Assembly: GCA_043803465.1 (NCBI GenBank) | Contig: JAZDKC010000040.1 | Span: 1-61,931, forward strand | Direction of reading: 5' to 3' | Origin: Candidatus Micrarchaeota archaeon | GTDB taxonomy: Archaea; Micrarchaeota; Micrarchaeia; Norongarragalinales; SBBD01 | Length of the DNA stretch: 61,931 bases | In this document: positions 55,246 through 61,931 of the stretch, one piece after another | Position numbering within the stretch: the stretch's first letter is position 1 | Layout of the letters: each line of letters starts with the position of its first letter | Notes under the pieces: generated by a model | Seen by the model: the letters and a program-made list of their open reading frames with translations, nothing else | Told to the model about the DNA's origin: nothing | The model's database searches: none | Made by a program: the position numbers and the translations under genes

Positions 55246-56139
55246 TTATAAGTCCGATAAATACCGTTCACCCCTATCAGGAAATATGGTTACGACTTCC
55301 CCGTTTTTTTCCTTCAATTTCTGTGCAGCAAGGTAATTCGCACCTGAGCTTGTACCTACTAGGATTCCATGCTCTTTTGCCAACTTATCCGCCATGCTTA
55401 TTGCATCTACGCCCGGGATTGCGATTATCTCATCCACCAAATCCAGATTCCTTTGCAGCAATTCCGGTATGAAACCCTCTCCGATGCCTTGAATTTCGTG
55501 GTGCCCCGGCTGCTTGCCTGAAAGCACAGCTGATTCCATAGGTTCAACCGCAACGATTCGAATATCCGGAAATTCCTCCTTCAGCCTTCTTCCAGTTCCT
55601 ATAAGGGTACCCCCCGTTCCAGCCCCTGCAACAAATGCGCCTATTTTTCCAGGCATCTGCTCGAGGATTTCTTCTGCTGTTCCACGGTAATGCGCATCGG
55701 GGTTGTCCGGATTTTTGAACTGATTCGGAAGATACCAATCAGGATGCAAAGCAACAAGCCTTTCGTATTCCGCAATTGCACCCGCCATATCCTTTTCTGC
55801 GGGCGTCAGCACGATCTTCCCTCCGAATTTTTCAATCATCCTACGGCGCATAATGCTCATGGATTCAGGCATCACAGCAGTGAGACCGTACCCGCGAATT
55901 GCCGAAAGCATGGAAAACGAGATTCCCGTATTGCCGCTTGTGACTTCCAGAATTTCCATCCCTTCCCGCAGTTCGCCCCGCTCCTCCGCCCTTCTGATGA
56001 TGTTCCACGCCATCCGGTCCTTTATTGAGCCGGTAGGGTTCGTGGTTTCCAATTTCGCCCAGATTCCGCCTATTTCTATTAGCGGCGTATTCCCAATAGT
56101 CTCCAATATGTTTTTTCCAAATGTTTTCATGAATATCAA
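55246..56139 (-). CDS. cysK: Cysteine synthase (O-acetylserine sulfhydrylase family, PLP-dependent)
   Basis: It has NPTGSIKDR (PLP lysine), TSGNTG, GAGTGGT and HEIQGIGEGF blocks. The start is possibly at the internal MKTF. Confidence 0.9.
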   Translation of the reverse strand: MIFMKTFGKNILETIGNTPLIEIGGIWAKLETTNPTGSIKDRMAWNIIRRAEERGELREGMEILEVTSGNTGISFSMLSAIRGYGLTAVMPESMSIMRRRMIEKFGGKIVLTPAEKDMAGAIAEYERLVALHPDWYLPNQFKNPDNPDAHYRGTAEEILEQMPGKIGAFVAGAGTGGTLIGTGRRLKEEFPDIRIVAVEPMESAVLSGKQPGHHEIQGIGEGFIPELLQRNLDLVDEIIAIPGVDAISMADKLAKEHGILVGTSSGANYLAAQKLKEKNGEVVTIFPDRGERYLSDL

Positions 56140-56303
56140 CCTCGGATAATGGCTAAGCTAAAAACAAAAACAGCAAGAGGGCCCGGAATCAGAATCAGTT
56201 ACAGCTCGAGGCTGAAAGTAGGGAAAATCGCTTCGAATTAGGTGCAAACTGCAATCTGTTCCCTACCATAAGTAAATTCTGCTTTCCCACCTATATAAAA
56301 CTT

Positions 56304-58586
56304 TCACAAAGCGGTTTCCTGGTAATAATTCAGCGCCATTTGCTTCTCGCTCTCCAATTTCCGCCATATCTCCTCCTCCGAATACCCGAAAGGCAGAATG
56401 ATCGCCTCCAGCGCCTTCACCAGCAGTTTCTCATATTCTTTAACGGAATATTTCGCATCGCTTTGCAGGAATTGCACCGGAACCGCCTTCTGGTACTGCT
56501 TCTGCTTGCCGTTCTCCACGAAAACGAATTTGGTGGACATGCCCGGAGCAACCGTAATATTGTGCTTTTGCAGCTGCGTTGCTATCTCTCTTTGCACATT
56601 ATTCCCCTTATACCGGTAAAGCGGTTTTGAAAGCTGCCTCTTGATCACCAAATCCTTCAGCACAAAATCTCCGTCCTTGAGCTTTTTCAAATACTTGTCC
56701 AGAACGAAGAACAGCTGCGGAATCCTCTCGTGGAATTGCACGGTTGTTTCCGCTTCCCCCAGCAGATTCAGGCATTCCTCCTGAAACAGTTTCACCAGAT
56801 TGCACGTATCCTTCCTCCGGAGTTCAATTCCCCTAACTTTCAGCTCCCCTTCCAGATTCACCCCATAAAAACGAGTGGGAACCGGTACTTTTGGGTTCAC
56901 CAGAGAGGGAAGGAACACGAACCACTTGTAGAAATTCTCTATTTTGATGGGAACTTCCGTAACCTCCTCAATCTCCCTGCACACCGATTCCACTTCCTCC
57001 TTCCGATACCCCTCCTTCCGAATCCAGAGCGAATCAATTATCCCATGCAACACCTGAAACCCGTGCTTTTCGGCTATTCTCATCGCCTGCAGCAATTTAT
57101 GCCTTGCAAACGCGCAAATGCTTTGATGAGTCTCAATTCTCCCAAATTTGGCGTTCTTGTAGCCGGTGTAGCCGAAGCACGTAACAAGCAGCCATTTCAG
57201 CACAACACTCCTCTCCTCGTACTTTTGCAGCTCATCCCCTATTGCGGTTTTCTTCATCTTCTTATAATAGAGCCGGCGTTTCAGAATTGGGGCTAAAATA
57301 TTGCGCAATATTCCATCCTTCTTTTCGCAAACATTGAACCCCAATTGCGGCACCGTATTCTCCTCGCAGCATTTGCAGAACATCGTTTCCGGTGAAAGGT
57401 TATGCACCACCATGATGCTAGGGTATAGGGAGAAGAAATCGATTTCAGCTACTTCCGTATGCATCCCAACTTTCGGCTCCAGGATCATGCCGCCCCTATC
57501 CGCATTATACAAAGCATTCCCATCCTTGAACACCTCCACCTGATTCTTCTTGTAAGGCACAAGGTATCCGTTCTTGTATGCCTCCAGAACCTGCAGATTG
57601 CTAACACCGCTTCCGGGGCTTGTCCTTGCGGCCTTCTGCGGAAGCACCCCAGTAGTCCTTGAAAATTCAACCAAGCCATTCAAATTCCCTTCTGAAAACA
57701 TGAACCAATTGGCGTTCAGATGCCACCTTCCAAAGAAATAGTAGGGCGCATTGCGGCGAACTATGTGCCCATACGAAAAATAACTTTTTCCCTTCTTCAA
57801 TTTGAACACCTGCGCTTCCCTTCCGAATGAGAAGTGCATCCCGTATTTCAGGAACCTCTCCTGCAGGAACGGGATCAGGAACTCCTCCTCATTGTCGAAA
57901 ATGATCACATCCGCATCATATTCCACGTATTTGCGCATGAACTCGCATAGCAGCTTCCTCTCCCAGCCCTTCATCAGCTCCCCATTGAAATAAACCCCCC
58001 AAATCTTGGTCGAATCCGCATACCTGTGGTCGGATAATTTGAACTCCAACGAGAGCGTCTTCAAATCCGGAACCTCATAATCGTGCTCGTTCCTGTCGAT
58101 ATTTTCAATCCACAATAATTTGGAAATTGCCCCATTTCCTGAGCCCCCCGCTCCATCCGAACTCCCCCTTCCAACATAACCTCCGCCACTTACACTGCCA
58201 TTTCCTTCGTATTCAAACTCCACCTGCTGCAACGGCATCAATCCCTTATCATAAAGGTAACGCTGATTGAGCGGGATATCGGCGTTATACATCTCCAAAT
58301 CGTACTCGTATTCCTTCTCCAGCTCCCGAACTATCCGCGTGAAATCGGAAACTCCGGCTTCCACCCGGAACACCGAAAGATTCTCATTGTAGATTGTGGG
58401 CATTTCCTCCAGAACCGGCGCAAGCCCCCTCTTTTCCAGCCTGCGTTTCAATTCCTCCATATCCGGATGCCTAGCGTAGAAGAAGGTGCGGTAATCATCC
58501 GTAACTCTGACCATGCCGCGTTCCGTCTTCAGCCACAGAATAACCTTATCTCCGGAGCATTGGGTGTCGAATAAGAATCCTCTCAT
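56304..58586 (-). CDS. Divergent family-B DNA polymerase paralog (exonuclease motifs eroded, motif C HGIIDS)
   Basis: 760 aa. Motif A is kept (EIDFFSLYPSIM). Motif B is degenerate (KWLLVTCFGYTGY). Motif C reads HGIIDS instead of YGDTDS. ExoI DIE is replaced by LEF. There is no YxxxD ExoIII. A Gly/Ser-rich insert (GGGYVGRGSSDGAGGSGNG) sits in the N-terminal region. Confidence 0.85.
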   Translation of the reverse strand: MRGFLFDTQCSGDKVILWLKTERGMVRVTDDYRTFFYARHPDMEELKRRLEKRGLAPVLEEMPTIYNENLSVFRVEAGVSDFTRIVRELEKEYEYDLEMYNADIPLNQRYLYDKGLMPLQQVEFEYEGNGSVSGGGYVGRGSSDGAGGSGNGAISKLLWIENIDRNEHDYEVPDLKTLSLEFKLSDHRYADSTKIWGVYFNGELMKGWERKLLCEFMRKYVEYDADVIIFDNEEEFLIPFLQERFLKYGMHFSFGREAQVFKLKKGKSYFSYGHIVRRNAPYYFFGRWHLNANWFMFSEGNLNGLVEFSRTTGVLPQKAARTSPGSGVSNLQVLEAYKNGYLVPYKKNQVEVFKDGNALYNADRGGMILEPKVGMHTEVAEIDFFSLYPSIMVVHNLSPETMFCKCCEENTVPQLGFNVCEKKDGILRNILAPILKRRLYYKKMKKTAIGDELQKYEERSVVLKWLLVTCFGYTGYKNAKFGRIETHQSICAFARHKLLQAMRIAEKHGFQVLHGIIDSLWIRKEGYRKEEVESVCREIEEVTEVPIKIENFYKWFVFLPSLVNPKVPVPTRFYGVNLEGELKVRGIELRRKDTCNLVKLFQEECLNLLGEAETTVQFHERIPQLFFVLDKYLKKLKDGDFVLKDLVIKRQLSKPLYRYKGNNVQREIATQLQKHNITVAPGMSTKFVFVENGKQKQYQKAVPVQFLQSDAKYSVKEYEKLLVKALEAIILPFGYSEEEIWRKLESEKQMALNYYQETAL

Positions 58587-58674
58587 AAGTAAGGAGTGAA
58601 AACAGGGGAATAAATGCAGGAAGAGGGGTCACTTCCACTGCTTATTTTTAAGCTTAATTCTGCGTTCAGTATGC

Positions 58675-59352
58675 ATGGAGGAAAGTAAGCCCATCGCAAG
58701 CTGCCAAGGAGAAAAACCAAAGGAACATATCGAGTATGTTTTCATTGATGAAAGCGGCGACCTTGGAAAGTACGGTTCTGCTTATTTTAGCATTGTCGCA
58801 ATAGTCACCCACAATCCGTCCGGATTATCGAGGATAATAAAAAGGGTCCGGGAAAGTAAATTTAAAAAGAAAAAAATGAAGGATATTTCTGAAATCAAGG
58901 CCAACAATTCTAGGCAGGAAATCAAAAAGGCGGTCCTCGAGAGACTGAGCAGGTGCGATTGCAAAATATCCGCCATAGCGGTCCCGAAAACAAGGGTTCG
59001 GGAAGATCTTTTCAAAAAGAATGAAAAACTCTACAATTATTTATGCGGCCAGATGATGGAGCATATAAGCTTGAATACAGATATTGTGGATATTACCGTA
59101 GACAAGAAAAGCGGGAATCAGCTTTTACAGGAGGATTTCAACCAATACATTGAAATGAAGCTAAAGGGCAGGAATCCGAATATCACCGTCCGGATCAGGC
59201 ATCTGGAATCGCACGCCTCCAAGGAGCTTCAGGCAGTAGATTTCGTTGCATGGGCAGTAAATAGAAAATTCACGCACTCGGAAAGCACATATTACGAATT
59301 GATTTCGGATAAAATCACAAATAAGGGGAAGGAGAATATTTGGGAAAAATAA
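58675..59352 (+). CDS. DUF3800-family protein
   Basis: 225 aa. The N-terminal YVFIDESGDLG motif and the C-terminal ELQAVDFVAWAV block are characteristic of DUF3800. Confidence 0.7.
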   Translation: MEESKPIASCQGEKPKEHIEYVFIDESGDLGKYGSAYFSIVAIVTHNPSGLSRIIKRVRESKFKKKKMKDISEIKANNSRQEIKKAVLERLSRCDCKISAIAVPKTRVREDLFKKNEKLYNYLCGQMMEHISLNTDIVDITVDKKSGNQLLQEDFNQYIEMKLKGRNPNITVRIRHLESHASKELQAVDFVAWAVNRKFTHSESTYYELISDKITNKGKENIWEK

Positions 59353-59646
59353 GAGTGCGGACCCAAAGAAGGCTTTTTGCGTACACCATCCGGTGCACAC
59401 CTTTCCTTGGACTTACCCGCATATACTTCAGTTTTCCCAGATTTATAAGCTTAACGAGGTTTTTATACTAATCTGGGGGTGTGTGCGGGTGAAGGGGGAA
59501 AAGGAGGAGAATAAGCTGGATGATGCAGCCAGAACCCATACAGAGATGCTCAGGAAGGCGAAAATACCCTTCAGGTTCATTTTGCTGAGGATTCGGAGAT
59601 TATACCGGGCCTGCCGGATAAATAAGAGGTGTAAAAATCGCGTTTG

Positions 59647-61931
59647 CTATTCTTGTGCAACGCAGGTACACCCGGGCTTCCCCTTACCGGTCGCCACAGT
59701 GCAAGTTAACCCGAATGCTTGATCCGTCGTAAGGTTCTGTGAAGCCATATAACCGCAAACCATCTCTTTTCTGATCGATAAGGGCAGGAAATTGAGGTGC
59801 GTATTAAGGAGGTTTTGAGAGGTTATGAAGTTGTTCAAAGTTGTTTGGATGCCGCTTATTGTTTGCTGAATCGAGTCAACTGTCGACTCTAGAATACTGG
59901 TCCTGTTCTCTAGATTTTGCACTTTATTTTCCAATTCTTCTATTCTCTGCTGCAATTCTTCGGGAGAAATGGTCGGAGAAGGTGTTACTGTTGCATTCGG
60001 AGTCGGGGATGGGCTTGGAGAAGGGGTAGGAGTCGGCGAGGGGCTTATTGTGGGCGTTGGGCTCGGATAGGTGGTTTCCGGGCCATTAATCACGAAATTA
60101 TCGTAATCCAGTTCGATCAGTCCGTCATGGCCGGTTCTCGTATTGAATGCGAATTTGAATGGCGGGGAATATGAGCTAGAATTGAATTCGACAACAGAGT
60201 TATCGGGCGTCGTGACTTTCAAAGTCGTATTTCCGGTTTGGAAGTTGATTCTTATGTGATAAGCACCCGGCGCATAGCCAGCAACCATAGGCCCGCTCCA
60301 ATAGCCTATTGCTCCACACCATAAACATACGCCAGAACTGACATCCCAGGGGATATCGTTGATTACCATTCTGCTCATATGATTTCCAGAGCCAGAAATC
60401 AGGTATAGGTCGTAATCCAAAGTATCCCCACTATTGAATGAATATGCGGCTATTTCACCCGATACATCCGCATTGGATGCATTCAATTGCGCGGTATGGT
60501 ACCTTTCGGTAAAAACGTTGGTATAAAATTCGGATAATGCCAGGGGCGCATCAAATGGCGCCGTTATATTCCATTTTGAAAGGTTTAGATCGGGTGAGGA
60601 AAAGTTCTCGTACAGCCAATTCGTAATGGCAGGCGTGGGCGAAGGAGTGGGATTTGCCAGGGTTGAAAATGAATTTAAGGAAGAATTGGTGCAATTCCCG
60701 GAATTGCAGCTTCGCACAATATAATAATACAACGTAGATGGCATTAGAGTGGTTAAAGCAACCAGATGGGATGTAACATTATTCTCCTGTTTGGTCGAAT
60801 TTTCCATGCTGGTACTAATTCCATAAAACACCTCGGAAGTCGAGGGGATATCGGTTATCCAAATAATCTGCGCAGAATCGTTCGTAATGGCCTCCGCATA
60901 TATTGATGACTCCGAAATTATAGGCGCGGGATAAGTGGATGGCGAGGGTGAGGGGGACGGAGAAGGCGAGGGACTGGGCGAAGGAGTAGAGATATTCATA
61001 ACCAGGGGCAAATAGTCTCCCCCATTCAGGATATTCCCATTGGCATTGTAGGGCAATAACGTATCGCCCACTCCGTCACCGGTAAGGTCTGCCCCTAAAT
61101 AGTCAAACCAGTAGTTTCCGGCAATGGTCGGGCCGCCGATAATGTTCGTACCCGGAGTGACTAGGGTGCTCCAATAATTGTAATAGGAGTCCTGCGCATT
61201 GATGGTGTTGTTGAAATAATTGTCATATATCGTATTGTAATTCGAATTAGGCAGGTACATGCCTTTAGCGTTTGAGGTCAAGTAATTACTGCCAAAATTG
61301 TTGTAATACGAGGCAGACAAATAAACGCCTATTGTGTCATTTCGGAAGGTATTGTTTGTAAAATTGTTATAACTGCTCGATTCCGACCAAAGCCCAGCAT
61401 CCTTATTGGATTCAAATATATTTTTTTCCCAATAATTATTATTGGAGTATTGGAAATAAACACCGTATTTTCCATTATTTGCAATATTGTTATTCGCAAA
61501 ATAAGAGAAATCGATATAATGAGGGTAAAATCCGTTCAATTGATTGAAACTCGCGGTATTGTTTTCATAAGTCAAATTGTTAGAACTATCGATAGCTATT
61601 CCTTCGCCATAATTTTGGTTTACGATGTTATTGCTATAGCGGTTATTGTTTGACAATTGATTATGAAGGCCGTAAAGGGTATTAAAGAGGGCGATATTGT
61701 TTGAAATATTATTAAAATTGGAGTAATAGAAAAACGAGCCAGAATAATAATTATTTATTAGGGAATTGCCATATAATGAATTGCCATCTGAGTAGGTGGC
61801 GTAAAATCCAAATTGGTTATTTGAACTTAGATTGTTATTTCGAATTTGGTTCGAGTTTGAATAAGAAAAGTATACCCCATAAGTGTTAGAGTATAGGGCA
61901 TTATTTTGGATTTTGTTGGAATAGGAATATG
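59647..61931 (-). CDS. Secreted right-handed beta-helix repeat protein with Fn3-like domain, Pro/Ser/Thr linkers and C-terminal coiled coil (N-terminus beyond window)
   Basis: The frame stays open from 61656 to the window edge. It has Asn/Tyr/Gly-rich ~22-aa repeats (NNxFxxNxxG.Y) typical of PbH1/NosD-like beta-helices. It also has (PS)n and TPSP linkers, an Fn3-like block (..ITNDSAQIIWITDIPSTSEVFYG..YYYIVRSCN) and a heptad segment (LQQRIEELENKVQNLENRTSILE). Confidence 0.8.
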   Translation of the reverse strand, partial: YSYSNKIQNNALYSNTYGVYFSYSNSNQIRNNNLSSNNQFGFYATYSDGNSLYGNSLINNYYSGSFFYYSNFNNISNNIALFNTLYGLHNQLSNNNRYSNNIVNQNYGEGIAIDSSNNLTYENNTASFNQLNGFYPHYIDFSYFANNNIANNGKYGVYFQYSNNNYWEKNIFESNKDAGLWSESSSYNNFTNNTFRNDTIGVYLSASYYNNFGSNYLTSNAKGMYLPNSNYNTIYDNYFNNTINAQDSYYNYWSTLVTPGTNIIGGPTIAGNYWFDYLGADLTGDGVGDTLLPYNANGNILNGGDYLPLVMNISTPSPSPSPSPSPSPSPSTYPAPIISESSIYAEAITNDSAQIIWITDIPSTSEVFYGISTSMENSTKQENNVTSHLVALTTLMPSTLYYYIVRSCNSGNCTNSSLNSFSTLANPTPSPTPAITNWLYENFSSPDLNLSKWNITAPFDAPLALSEFYTNVFTERYHTAQLNASNADVSGEIAAYSFNSGDTLDYDLYLISGSGNHMSRMVINDIPWDVSSGVCLWCGAIGYWSGPMVAGYAPGAYHIRINFQTGNTTLKVTTPDNSVVEFNSSSYSPPFKFAFNTRTGHDGLIELDYDNFVINGPETTYPSPTPTISPSPTPTPSPSPSPTPNATVTPSPTISPEELQQRIEELENKVQNLENRTSILESTVDSIQQTISGIQTTLNNFITSQNLLNTHLNFLPLSIRKEMVCGYMASQNLTTDQAFGLTCTVATGKGKPGCTCVAQE

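Noticed and set aside
59393-59722. 109-aa ORF in the convergent spacer after the DUF3800 gene
   Set aside because: The composition is Arg/Cys-rich and unnatural, it overlaps the 3' end of the beta-helix gene, and no motif is present.
1-61931. CRISPR arrays, rRNA genes, transposase/integrase genes, inteins
   Set aside because: I found no regularly spaced direct repeats, no rRNA-like sequence, no ORF with transposase, tyrosine- or serine-recombinase, or Cas motifs. PolB, CarB and SMC have normal lengths without insertions.

Overview
This 61.9-kb window reads as a chromosomal segment of an archaeon. The evidence is a P1/L12 stalk protein with the EEAAAGLASLFG tail, two FtsZ genes, a family-B DNA polymerase, SMC, an intron-containing tRNA, and AT-rich TATA-like boxes 20-35 nt upstream of several start codons. 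About 50 genes are packed tightly on both strands. Housekeeping genes (rpl12, mscL, acyP, cysS, carA/carB, hsp20, ftsZ x2, polB, smc, cysK, a PP-loop tRNA thiolation enzyme, tRNA-Val) alternate with many unrecognisable membrane or surface proteins. These include a 3271-aa giant envelope protein, an 807-aa repeat-domain surface protein next to a FlaI/VirB11-type ATPase, and a partial beta-helix adhesin-like protein. The many orphan surface proteins suggest a small-genome, episymbiont-like (DPANN-like) lineage, but that is inference only. The most unusual signal is not a gene. It is a family of ~50-nt G-rich hairpin elements with compensatory stem changes. At two independent loci (rpl12 and a zinc-ribbon gene) such an element is followed directly by a second copy of the upstream gene's last 12-21 codons plus stop. 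The second copies differ from the first only at synonymous positions and the stop-to-stop distance is a multiple of 3. A third, hairpin-less and more degenerate 3'-end duplication sits at the end of the secretion ATPase gene. Other points worth a look are a second family-B polymerase with eroded exonuclease motifs and a non-canonical motif C, a tRNA-Val with a ~99-nt intron, a K+-channel-like protein with a GKC instead of GYG filter, and tandem paralog pairs. All functional calls come from motifs I recognise by eye. No database search was run.
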